From positions 32,001 through 96,000 of IMG/VR virus record IMGVR_UViG_3300036760_000150: a stretch of DNA of 64,000 nucleotides. The stretch is one strand, 5' to 3'. The notes beneath the pieces were generated by a model. The model searched no databases. It was not told the DNA's origin and worked only from the letters and a program-made list of their open reading frames with translations. Shown here piece by piece: positions 20,701 through 28,563 of the stretch. Position numbers and translations under genes: made by a program. The DNA comes from a virus. The first letter of the stretch is position 1. Every line of letters begins with the position of its first letter.

Positions 20701-22239
20701 ACTACCGATTATAGATCTCTCAGCGTCTTTCAGCGATGACTTGATCTTGAGCTGGATATCAACTGATATACGACAGATCCTGTCGCCGTACTTGGCCTCA
20801 AGGTACTGTATGACTCTGTCTCTGTCTTCTGTTGGCAAGTCAAGGTCGGCGTCAGGGAGAGTTTTGGCTTTGATACGACCAAGTGTAAGAAAGCGTTCAA
20901 AAGACAAGTTATGCTTTAGAGGGTTGACTGCGCTGACACCTATGACGTACAGCAGCAAAGATCCGCCCGCAGAACCCCGCACGTTCAACAAGATGTTGTT
21001 GTCTCGACAGTGCTCGGCTATCTCTTCAAGGGTGAAGAAGTACGGTATCAAGTTGATGGTGCCGTTGTTGGCCAGCACTGATATCTCGTACTTCAACCTG
21101 GTGACCATGTCTGGGTCTTGCCAGTTCATCCGACCGTGGCGTTGTATGATATCAACCAACTTCTTCATGAAGTTTTCAGGTACGCTGTCTAGGACCCATC
21201 TATCCTTGTTTGTAGTCATCTTGAAGTTATCGAACAGTGAGGCGAACTTGTAGGAGTTGTCGACCCAACCTTCCACAGTCTTGTCGTCCACACCCAAGGT
21301 GTGAGTAAGAGTCTCAGCTGCCTCGTCAGTGGTCATGATGTGTAGCGACTCATGGAATCGCCAGTTCTCCATACCGTTTCCAAGACGAGCATCTTGGATG
21401 AGTTTCTGCTCTTGGGTAGCGAAGTGTGAGTCTAGCGATATGATCACCGGGTCGTTGTATTTCTGTGCGAAGTACAACGAAAGTTGGTTAGACGTCTTCT
21501 GTATGTCACCTTCAGGAGCTAGGTCTGAACAGCCTATCTCTTCAAATCTACCAGGCTCGATGATAAGCTTGGTCTTGTTGTCTATCTTTGCCTTCTTCCA
21601 GTTGTGTGTGATCCTGTGTGGGAACACCTCTACGAAGAAGCTGTCGGCGCCAGCGATCTCTCTGATGATACAGTAAGCCTTCTCAGCCAAATCTGTGCGT
21701 ATGTGAACCTTATCTCTCAGCGGATCAAGCCATTTGTGCACAGATGAGATTAGACATCCACTGCACACTGTGATATGCCCCGCTGCGCCTCTCAACTCCT
21801 CAAGTGTGCAGATTGGTTTACGTTCACCCCACTTGACGATCGCTCTTGACTCCATGATGGGAGTCAGTCGACAGAAGTACTGGTAGGCCCACTCGTCTTT
21901 GAAGTGCACGGTCAGATGTGTGTAGTGCTTCTTAATCTCAGCGTCAAGTTGATCATTAGTCTTACCAGTCTTCGCCGAAATCATGGCACCAAGCTCTTCT
22001 TTGAAGAAAGGCTCTACGTAAAGCTCTATGCCGACGATAGGTTTGACGCCATGTTTCTGGGCTGAGTCGTACAGCTCGATCGCACTGTTCATGTTGCCAT
22101 GCTCTGTTATAGAGACATGGGTGGCACCAAGCTCTTTGTTGCGTTTGACTATCTGATCTATAGTCGCTGCGCCATCTAAGCTATGGTGGGAGTGTACATG
22201 TGGTCCTATAAGTTGTCTAAATTTTGGCATAATTATCAC
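17776..22239 (-). CDS. dnaE: DNA polymerase III alpha subunit (family C) with intein
   Basis: PHP HVHSHHS..DG, RGSAGGS, FERFL, PDADLD, KYDFLGL, VFQF, YSFNQSH. Confidence 0.95.
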   Translation of the reverse strand: MIIMPKFRQLIGPHVHSHHSLDGAATIDQIVKRNKELGATHVSITEHGNMNSAIELYDSAQKHGVKPIVGIELYVEPFFKEELGAMISAKTGKTNDQLDAEIKKHYTHLTVHFKDEWAYQYFCRLTPIMESRAIVKWGERKPICTLEELRGAAGHITVCSGCLISSVHKWLDPLRDKVHIRTDLAEKAYCIIREIAGADSFFVEVFPHRITHNWKKAKIDNKTKLIIEPGRFEEIGCSDLAPEGDIQKTSNQLSLYFAQKYNDPVIISLDSHFATQEQKLIQDARLGNGMENWRFHESLHIMTTDEAAETLTHTLGVDDKTVEGWVDNSYKFASLFDNFKMTTNKDRWVLDSVPENFMKKLVDIIQRHGRMNWQDPDMVTRLKYEISVLANNGTINLIPYFFTLEEIAEHCRDNNILLNVRGSAGGSLLLYVIGVSAVNPLKHNLSFERFLTLGRIKAKTLPDADLDLPTEDRDRVIQYLEAKYGDRICRISVDIQLKIKSSLKDAERSIIGSVSKETEAICKMIPKNINNLPEYDFVFGHTDDDGVYHKGLVETHEKFKEYIQKKPKIWEMTQEMLGINRQKSQHPCIDANMLVETNDGIKMLCVADNLKGNPITKWSTGIKDCIRVVLSNGVNVVTTPDHRYMMTDGSSVEAQHVVNRLANYQQIDKYYGDDVVNHDEAFAVGWLLRDGWIHKNGQVTLCFTPDKDNAAKDKIISFCNSILCKSWQDHRVDKVHFGIWPFLKNWGFIKNRLPCRFWLLNKKAQDSFMSGLWSANGFVLSTRRVVGIKLSKLDLISDIAVWLSAVGIKIRCTIEQPKSIKWNNGDYQSTTSICLNICTPEEIVKFSEHISFIQNYKQNRMKQISVIDRSKKYIRKTPLYKPVVYKKILSIGLREVYDFNEPIYSTGRINGVLVHNCGYVIADKPVQDYIPITQVGPVKVTGFTPKSVEKAGLIKYDFLGLNTLRDIQGCLRLINNRRGVTIDPWNLPQEEEVYKLFHRGETETVFQFDTDVVRPFLMSIKPVNLDGLAAITALARPGTLDALDMDGRTLADVYVARAKGEPIKYVHPDMAPILQDTYGTCVFQEQSIRIYQDIAGYTAEEAETVRRGIGKKDAKVLAESTKILKQRCLAKGWSEGQVKLLVDQIMASARYSFNQSHATSYAYVAYACMYLKMHYPLEWWTTVLTNASKEDLQKYWPHVSSFVLLPDINISGSRFEIVNVDGVEKVRAPLGLIDGVGEVSVNEAMTKRPFKSLDDFLSRVDRRIMRKDIVHQLILADAMNSLFPSNFNHFDKIREYEFKKAALAGKKTPDEAPSWLLSMSSIQAYLMKKSVFKVYNEDIYNLSLNKLLAEKLIEADRTVPGLYKYRDSDRYIDGKIYINHRFLEQSIMSDRGGWTDKHIFAVVGYVNTTKEHRYNGLSASDKSVTTQKTMMKITAEIGPKVYGIVKFPDYKKDHHGIDKDIKGSICLFVLQKKKDGDLIAKKVICIS
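19492..20478 (-). mobile_element. intein with LAGLIDADG endonuclease (329 aa) in dnaE at HP|CG
   Basis: CIDANMLV...TPDHR...VYD...LVHN|C; GWLLRDG and GLWSANG; very AT-rich. Confidence 0.93.
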
Positions 22240-22954
22240 TTTTTTTCAAATTATCATACCACCATAATGGTTGTAAATTAGTATAATGACATGCTTGCAA
22301 ATATTGTTCATGATCTGTTAAATCAAAGGCAGCTAGTGGTTTAATATGATCTATATGCCATCCTTTGCGACCATAATTTTCCCAAGTCATTCCAGATTGA
22401 AATTTGGACATCAAATGCGACAACAACGCTGGCAAAGAACATCCTAAGCTTTTAATGGTATGCCCATTTTTAATTTTACCACGTATAACCATAGAAATTC
22501 TTGTTCTTAAATTAAATTTGATCTTTTTTACAGGGTCTAGTCGTGCCCGTCTGTGAGCTAGTAAAATTTTTTGAGCATTTTTCACTCTATATTTTTTGTC
22601 ATATTCTCGCTTCTGCTCTTTATGTGCTCTCGTATACTCACTTCTTAGTTTTTTCAAATGATCAACGTGCACAACCTGGTACCATTTATCATACTCTCGT
22701 TTTTCATCAACACGAGAACGATGATATGCCTTGCGTTCATCTGCATGTTTTAAACGATAACGTTTTTCATTTTCTTTTCTTCGTAAACGTCTGGCCTCAG
22801 GCGTCATTGGAATACGCTGAAGCGGCCCACGATTTGCTAAATACCAGTTTCGTTTGTAACACCTGTTGCACAAAAATCCATCTTTATAGCGCTTCCACCA
22901 TAAAGTATTATCAGATGCACATTGCAGACATTTTCTTAGTGATATCACACCCAT
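22217..22954 (-). CDS. HNH homing endonuclease
   Basis: WENYG..GWHIDHIKP...HYTNLQPLW..DN; AT-rich; overlaps dnaE start. Confidence 0.88.
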   Translation of the reverse strand: MGVISLRKCLQCASDNTLWWKRYKDGFLCNRCYKRNWYLANRGPLQRIPMTPEARRLRRKENEKRYRLKHADERKAYHRSRVDEKREYDKWYQVVHVDHLKKLRSEYTRAHKEQKREYDKKYRVKNAQKILLAHRRARLDPVKKIKFNLRTRISMVIRGKIKNGHTIKSLGCSLPALLSHLMSKFQSGMTWENYGRKGWHIDHIKPLAAFDLTDHEQYLQACHYTNLQPLWWYDNLKKSDNYAKI

Positions 22955-22959
22955 ATGTT

Positions 22960-22988
22960 ATGGTAACATATTAAAAACAACTAATCAA
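22960..22988 (-). promoter_or_regulatory. sigma70-type promoter of HNH gene (leaderless), overlapped by palindrome ATATGTTA-tgg-TAACATAT
   Basis: TTGATT-17 nt-TACCAT; ATG at 22954. Confidence 0.5.
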
Positions 22989-23193
22989 CACCAAGGGCGT
23001 CTCTTAGAGTGGCCACCGCAGACTTATAACATTCTTTCACCTCATCCACAGACATCAACAGGAGATGTGCTATGACGGAGTCAGGAACACCACGGTCGTT
23101 GGACTTCATGAACAAGTCCAAGCTGTTCTTGTACCTCTTAGAGTTTATGTAGTCGTGATCAGAGTGGATCTTGTCTTCTGAGTCAACCTTCAT
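22981..23193 (-). CDS. stand-alone sigma70 region 4.2-like HTH protein
   Basis: GVPDSVIAHLLLMSVDEVKECYKSAVATLRD fits the r4.2 pattern (IA..L.+S...V......A+..LR). Confidence 0.55.
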   Translation of the reverse strand: MKVDSEDKIHSDHDYINSKRYKNSLDLFMKSNDRGVPDSVIAHLLLMSVDEVKECYKSAVATLRDALGVD

Positions 23194-23582
23194 AGTTTCT
23201 TCTTACCTTGGTCAAATATCAACACATCAGCTCCATCTATACGTCTCTTGAAGTCTGAGATCTTCTTTGTTATGTTGTCGATCTCTGTATGCTTCTCCTT
23301 GATTATAGACTCGATCTTATCTATGGCCTGCCTCTTCTTCTCGATCAGCTGGCCGATCTTCTCGTACTCAACTTTAGCCTGAGCGTACTCTCTTATAGAG
23401 ATGACAGGGTACACTTTACTGGACACATTTATGGCCTCGTATAGCTCTTGTTTCATCGCCTCGACCACAGAGAGTTCGTTTAGTTCTTCCTTTATACCAG
23501 ACCGGAAGACCTCGACAGCAGCTTGGATCTGATCCAGTTGCTGCAGTAACACCTTGTATATCACACTGACATCTTCGCTCAT
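23190..23582 (-). CDS. coiled-coil protein
   Basis: heptad pattern; start adjusted to MSEDV. Confidence 0.65.
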   Translation of the reverse strand: MSEDVSVIYKVLLQQLDQIQAAVEVFRSGIKEELNELSVVEAMKQELYEAINVSSKVYPVISIREYAQAKVEYEKIGQLIEKKRQAIDKIESIIKEKHTEIDNITKKISDFKRRIDGADVLIFDQGKKKL

Positions 23583-23893
23583 TCTTTCACTATCGTCCTG
23601 CTGGCACACCCACCACATATCTTAACACGTATTGGCTTGTCTACTTGGAACATGTTGATCCAAGAGATCTCATCGCTGCCACAGTTAGAACAACGAGCTA
23701 CCTTGTCGTTGTCCCTACCTTTAGCTTCTTCGACTGGGACATCTTGGTAGGTGGGTTTTGATCCGAGCTGCTTCTCAAGGTATCGAACATAACGAAGTAA
23801 GCTTACAACCTGCTTCTTGCTCTCCCTGAGTTTACCTCTAAGGTTCTCATCTGGGTCGCCGCCTCTTGATGAGGCTCTACCCTTTTTACTCAT
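23579..23893 (-). CDS. Zn-ribbon protein
   Basis: CSNC...CGGC. Confidence 0.65.
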   Translation of the reverse strand: MSKKGRASSRGGDPDENLRGKLRESKKQVVSLLRYVRYLEKQLGSKPTYQDVPVEEAKGRDNDKVARCSNCGSDEISWINMFQVDKPIRVKICGGCASRTIVKE

Positions 23894-23894
23894 G

Positions 23895-25022
23895 TTACTT
23901 CTTCTTGCCGAATCTCTTACCGTTGAAAGTGAAGGTACCATCTATGATGATCGGCACATATCGTGTGTAGTTTCCGTCTATAGTGAACTCAAAGATTCCT
24001 AACGCATGAGACCAGTTGTTAGGTTTCCCTTTCAAGAACTTGGCCTGCAGCGTCCTGAGACATCCTAGACTCATCGACTCATGGGTGCCTTTAACAGAAA
24101 CACCAGAATATCCTTGAATATCGTGGAGATGGCCATAATAAATGTTGACTCCGAAGATGTCTAGATGTTTCTTCGCATGATGGGTGCCAGTGTAGTAACC
24201 ATGGATGAAGTGTGCGTTACCAAGTCGTAATATCTCATTCAAAGGGATAACTCTGTAGCCAAGATCTTTCAGTCCTAGTAGATCTTGTATCTTCAGGTTA
24301 CATCCAATATCCTCTAACTTGTACATGAACTCGGGCACCTTGGCCGTCAAGAGTTGGTTAAGCCAATCTTCATGGTTTCCAATTATGAAACGTTTGTATA
24401 CACATTGAGGACCGGCTGCCTTGTCGATACGTGCAAGTAGCTTCTTTGCTGATTTGACATCGTCTACGAACACGCGTGGTTTTCCGTCTACAGACGGCCA
24501 AGGAGACACGGGTTCCATCTCCATGAAATCTCCTAGGTTGATCAAACCATGTGGTTTGTACCAGTGTAAGAACTCACACACAGATTGTATCGCATCTTCA
24601 TCATGGTCAGGTGTATGTGTGTCTGGCTCAACCACGATCCTTAAGACCTCGTCATCTTTAAGTTTTGCCAACTTGAAGATCTCACGCATAGGAGTCTCGT
24701 GCACCGTGAAGTTGTCCAACTTAGGAGTAAGAAGTTTTAGCTTACCGCTACTTTTCGAGTGTGCTCCGATGCTTCGTGGAAGAACTGTGGTCTGGGAGGT
24801 GGTTGGTGCGGGGAACAGGGCATCTCTCTGTCCTGTGAACCCACCTAACTTTCTTATCTGCCATTCAGGTACTTTGTCACCGACCACACTCCAAAACTGA
24901 GCAGGTGTGACATCATACGGTGCAACATCGTACTGTTCGGCGGCATCTGTGATGCCTTTCTTTATAACAGTTATGATGTTGTTTGACTTACGCTTGTGGG
25001 CTTTCTTGGTTTGTTGAGTCAT
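23895..25022 (-). CDS. calcineurin-like metallophosphoesterase
   Basis: PDTH, LGDF, GNHE, HG, GHLH motifs. Confidence 0.88.
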   Translation of the reverse strand: MTQQTKKAHKRKSNNIITVIKKGITDAAEQYDVAPYDVTPAQFWSVVGDKVPEWQIRKLGGFTGQRDALFPAPTTSQTTVLPRSIGAHSKSSGKLKLLTPKLDNFTVHETPMREIFKLAKLKDDEVLRIVVEPDTHTPDHDEDAIQSVCEFLHWYKPHGLINLGDFMEMEPVSPWPSVDGKPRVFVDDVKSAKKLLARIDKAAGPQCVYKRFIIGNHEDWLNQLLTAKVPEFMYKLEDIGCNLKIQDLLGLKDLGYRVIPLNEILRLGNAHFIHGYYTGTHHAKKHLDIFGVNIYYGHLHDIQGYSGVSVKGTHESMSLGCLRTLQAKFLKGKPNNWSHALGIFEFTIDGNYTRYVPIIIDGTFTFNGKRFGKKK

Positions 25023-25551
25023 CTTTAGTTTCCTCGTTAGTTTTTCTAGCGTAGTTGTACACACCCTCGACCTTGAATCCTGCAACTTCATCCCCAACCT
25101 TCTTGCCGATCAGACTTTCCTGAATTTCTTCAGGAAAGGCGAAGACAGGTTGTGAGCCAAATGCCACATCAGTGTTGGAGTACGCGATCAAGTTGTTTTT
25201 GTCGTCGACAGCGTTCAGCGCAACAAGTTGGCCTTTGTCGACGGCTGTCTGCAAAGACTTCTTGATGTTGGCCATCTCTGTAGAAGAGATGAAGTTTGCC
25301 ACGTTGTCTGACGTCACCGGCTTGCCTTCCTCTGCAAGTTTGTACGCAGCGAGGAGTTGTTTACGTATGTCTATCTGCACATAAGTGAGCTTGTTGAGTT
25401 TAGATATCAACTCATCCAGCACATCTGTCATCCTGATGATCGCCATCTGGTTACCTTTAGAGATGGCATAAGCTTCGTCTATCTTGTCTTTGTACGAGAG
25501 TGGATTCTCAGGTGGTTGTTCTTTTGTGGGAGTTGGGCTAGATTCGCTCAT
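24988..25551 (-). CDS. hypothetical protein
   Basis: AGGAGG SD. Confidence 0.7.
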   Translation of the reverse strand: MSESSPTPTKEQPPENPLSYKDKIDEAYAISKGNQMAIIRMTDVLDELISKLNKLTYVQIDIRKQLLAAYKLAEEGKPVTSDNVANFISSTEMANIKKSLQTAVDKGQLVALNAVDDKNNLIAYSNTDVAFGSQPVFAFPEEIQESLIGKKVGDEVAGFKVEGVYNYARKTNEETKDDSTNQESPQA

Positions 25552-26344
25552 TTGGATCTCCTCCTTCTATCTGATCTGAAAGCGTTACCACGGACTGTTG
25601 ACCACCAACAGCTTGGTTTACAAGTGAAGTTATGTTAAGTCCTAGGTCAGCTGCGTTTCCAACAGACCTGTTGGACTGCGAGATGATAGGTGCTGCACCA
25701 AGGTTAGGCGAGTAGTTAGGCGGCACAGCATACCCTGCTGCAGTTCGCACGTTACCCTTAGGCGTTTTAGAGCCAGGAGCGATGTGTAATTTATCGTTCT
25801 CGCCTGTAGACTGTTTTACTTTTTTCCCAGTTTTCTTTGTTGTGGATGTAGTAGAAGTATTTTGAATTGCTGCACCTTGTATGATAGGTTTAGGTGCTGA
25901 CATACTTTTCACCTCAGGGATGGGTGTGTTTATAGCCTCAGAACCAACAGTTTGGATGACAGGACGTTTGATCTCGCTGGCAAGCGTCGACATATCTCGT
26001 CTGAGAACTTTAGCCGCAAGAGCCTTCAACGCAAGCACTTCGCTGTCATCAAATGGTAGGTCAACAGGCTTAGTGGCTACCACAACGGAGGGTTGTTCTA
26101 TGCCGAGCAACGCGTTGATCCGTTCAACCGCAAACCGTTTGAACTCTCTGTTGGCTTGTGTAACTGAATCAGCACTACCAGACTCTGCAGAGAAAACATC
26201 AGTCTTCACTATCGCCAGGTACAAGTTCGCCAGCTCGATACGACGTATCGACTCCTCAAGCGTCTTTGTGTTCTCGTCGCCGACCTCTTTCTCCTCTATA
26301 TCGTCTAGTACCTCATCAAGCTCATCGATCTCATCACGGTTCAT
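25538..26344 (-). CDS. hypothetical protein
   Basis: GGAGG SD and upstream promoter. Confidence 0.75.
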   Translation of the reverse strand: MNRDEIDELDEVLDDIEEKEVGDENTKTLEESIRRIELANLYLAIVKTDVFSAESGSADSVTQANREFKRFAVERINALLGIEQPSVVVATKPVDLPFDDSEVLALKALAAKVLRRDMSTLASEIKRPVIQTVGSEAINTPIPEVKSMSAPKPIIQGAAIQNTSTTSTTKKTGKKVKQSTGENDKLHIAPGSKTPKGNVRTAAGYAVPPNYSPNLGAAPIISQSNRSVGNAADLGLNITSLVNQAVGGQQSVVTLSDQIEGGDPNERI

Positions 26345-26362
26345 AACTCATCCTCCATGGTC

Positions 26363-26391
26363 ATCGTACAACCACTCAAGTTCACTGTCAA
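26363..26391 (-). promoter_or_regulatory. sigma70-type promoter
   Basis: TTGACA-17 nt-TACGAT. Confidence 0.7.
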
Positions 26392-26402
26392 CGTCGTGTG
26401 CA

Positions 26403-26996
26403 TCACTGTGTGATCTTCTTGGCGCGTTTGCGCTCTTTCTTTGGCTTGACACGAGGCACCAAGCCTTTCGTGTCTATCAGGTAAAAAACACCGTGTAAGA
26501 TGGCGTCTAGTATGTCGTAGCCCTCATCTGTGGTTGTAGAGGCACGATCTATCTCAGCCCTTATGAAGCGTTTAGCCCTGATGTCCCATGGGTACTCAAG
26601 TAACCACTCTGCAGTGGATCGTTTGTCTGAGCCACCCCATGTGTCTCCTATGACGCCACGCCTAGCTTCGCTTACCCCTTGCCACACCACTTTGGCCCAC
26701 GTCTCTGCCTTGATTGCGCCGATCAGCTCTGTGAGGCTCTGCTTGGAGAACCCCATACCCCATGGCTTCTCACTGACGACCTCTTCAGGCTGTTCTAAGG
26801 CTATGATAGTCGCAGCTGCATGTGCCATGTACATGGTCTTCTTGGTTGAGTCCCACTCAGAAGGGGTCTCGATGACGTGTGCCAGGAAAAGGCTAAGACA
26901 ATGTGTTTTACCTGTAACAGGTACGTCTACGCTGTTCAACGTTATGCCAGCAACACCGAATTTCTTGCCAGCTGGGTCAAGCGATATGATCCTCAA
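26403..26996 (-). CDS. ruvC: RuvC-like Holliday junction resolvase
   Basis: IISLDP, VSE, K...W...D..DAI acidic motifs. Confidence 0.7.
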   Translation of the reverse strand: MRIISLDPAGKKFGVAGITLNSVDVPVTGKTHCLSLFLAHVIETPSEWDSTKKTMYMAHAAATIIALEQPEEVVSEKPWGMGFSKQSLTELIGAIKAETWAKVVWQGVSEARRGVIGDTWGGSDKRSTAEWLLEYPWDIRAKRFIRAEIDRASTTTDEGYDILDAILHGVFYLIDTKGLVPRVKPKKERKRAKKITQ

Positions 26997-27871
26997 TTGC
27001 GGACCTCTAGTATGTATCGGTTGATGAAAGACATCACCTTGTAGTATGCGTCTGTCATGTCCTGGTACTTCTTCCAGATAGTCATGTCGCGGTCAAACTC
27101 TTCTGAGGTGACATCGACGAATTTGGCGTTATCGATGGCTTGCATGATATACGATGATGGGTAGTAGATACCGTCACCGTTACCGTATATCTTAGACGGT
27201 GGCATGTAGCGGGACACGATACCTACAACTTCACCGTAGCTGTTAAGAACTGGAGATCCAGAGAAGCCGGGGCCTATGTTGACTGTGGCCATGAGTACAG
27301 GAGACAACGATGTGATAGGGTACTTGTCCTTGGACAAGCATATGAAGTTCTCGATAGATAAACGTCTGGGTGGTTTCTCTTTGCAGCTAACAAAACCAGC
27401 GTAGTCGATCATGCTGTCTGAGCCGTACATCTTTCCGATCGTAACCATGCCAAAGTCACTTCTCCCAAGGAAGCCAAACACTGTCACTGGTTGTTGAAGG
27501 TAAGTTGGGTACATCGACAAGTTCAGCCCCAGATGAGGGTTGACAGTTTTCATTATACATACATCAGATTGTTTGGTGACCGACACCTCTGTTATCACAT
27601 CGTAGTCTCTATCGTACAACACGGAGGGACCGTTCACAGTTTTGATGTAAGCTGTGCCGTCTCCAGATAGGCTGGCACATACATGGTTGTTTGTAACAAG
27701 GTAGGTACTTCCTTTGTAGTTCAGTGCGAAGGTGGTGGCCACCATGTACGGCATCTCGTTTGCGTCCATTTTATAGACTTTGTAGATAGACTGCTGCGAT
27801 CGGTTGAAATCTATGTCAGCATTGGCTGACGCTCCAAAGAGTAGCAGTACAGATACTAAGATTGAGATCAC
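26993..27871 (-). CDS. exported trypsin-like (S1C-like) serine protease
   Basis: signal peptide; TNNHV, DVC, GPGFSGSPV. Confidence 0.88.
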   Translation of the reverse strand: MISILVSVLLLFGASANADIDFNRSQQSIYKVYKMDANEMPYMVATTFALNYKGSTYLVTNNHVCASLSGDGTAYIKTVNGPSVLYDRDYDVITEVSVTKQSDVCIMKTVNPHLGLNLSMYPTYLQQPVTVFGFLGRSDFGMVTIGKMYGSDSMIDYAGFVSCKEKPPRRLSIENFICLSKDKYPITSLSPVLMATVNIGPGFSGSPVLNSYGEVVGIVSRYMPPSKIYGNGDGIYYPSSYIMQAIDNAKFVDVTSEEFDRDMTIWKKYQDMTDAYYKVMSFINRYILEVRN

Positions 27872-28155
27872 AGTTTACCGCGCTCTTCCAAGAGTACAAG
27901 CAGAAACTGTATCTTGAATTTGATGGGGTTTATCAAGTCCTTGTACCCGTCCCTTAACGCCTTGAGGTCGGCGGCGAGGGATGAGATCTTGGGGTCTTCT
28001 TTCTTCTTGAGTTTCAGGTCTTCGAGTTCCTTACTCATGCTGACCACCATGTCCTTGATCTGTCCATCTTGCATCGACAACGAAGTCTCAACAAACTCCG
28101 CATCTATCTTACCGGCCAACTTATCCCTCTTCTTCTCAAGGTCTGTTGTGTCCAT
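27868..28155 (-). CDS. hypothetical coiled-coil protein
   Basis: GAGGAGG SD. Confidence 0.65.
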   Translation of the reverse strand: MDTTDLEKKRDKLAGKIDAEFVETSLSMQDGQIKDMVVSMSKELEDLKLKKKEDPKISSLAADLKALRDGYKDLINPIKFKIQFLLVLLEERGKL

Positions 28156-28167
28156 CTTAAAGCCTCC

Positions 28168-28563
28168 TCAGCTCGATCTTATAGACCATATAACTTCAAT
28201 ATCTCTTACATTTCTGTCTATGTCAACGGTAGACAGCATGCATCTAGATAGTCTTATGTGTGACTTGATGAAGGGTGACGTGAAACGACGCATGTACATC
28301 TCTAACATATCTAAGGTCATCCTTGAGTAGTGAATTATGTCGTTTTTGAAGTTGAGGGCGTACTCACTGAGGTCATCCTTGTTAAGGAACGCACGCAACA
28401 TGTATAGTCCTTCGTGGATTGGATCTTCCACCACCAACACCCTGTTGGTCTTATCCTTGAGTTCTTTGATAGGGATATATAACGTTGCATGGTCGAGATG
28501 CTCCCAAAGGGCCATTGTGGTGTCAAGTCTGTTAGACCTCTGCATTGATGGTTGCCACCCCAT
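28168..28563 (-). CDS. hypothetical protein
   Basis: ORF in gene string. Confidence 0.6.
   Translation of the reverse strand: MGWQPSMQRSNRLDTTMALWEHLDHATLYIPIKELKDKTNRVLVVEDPIHEGLYMLRAFLNKDDLSEYALNFKNDIIHYSRMTLDMLEMYMRRFTSPFIKSHIRLSRCMLSTVDIDRNVRDIEVIWSIRSS

Noticed and set aside
26403-26996. RuvC domain as TnpB/Cas12-like effector
   Set aside because: Only 197 aa with no Zn finger, WED/REC domain or adjacent RNA locus; fits a plain resolvase
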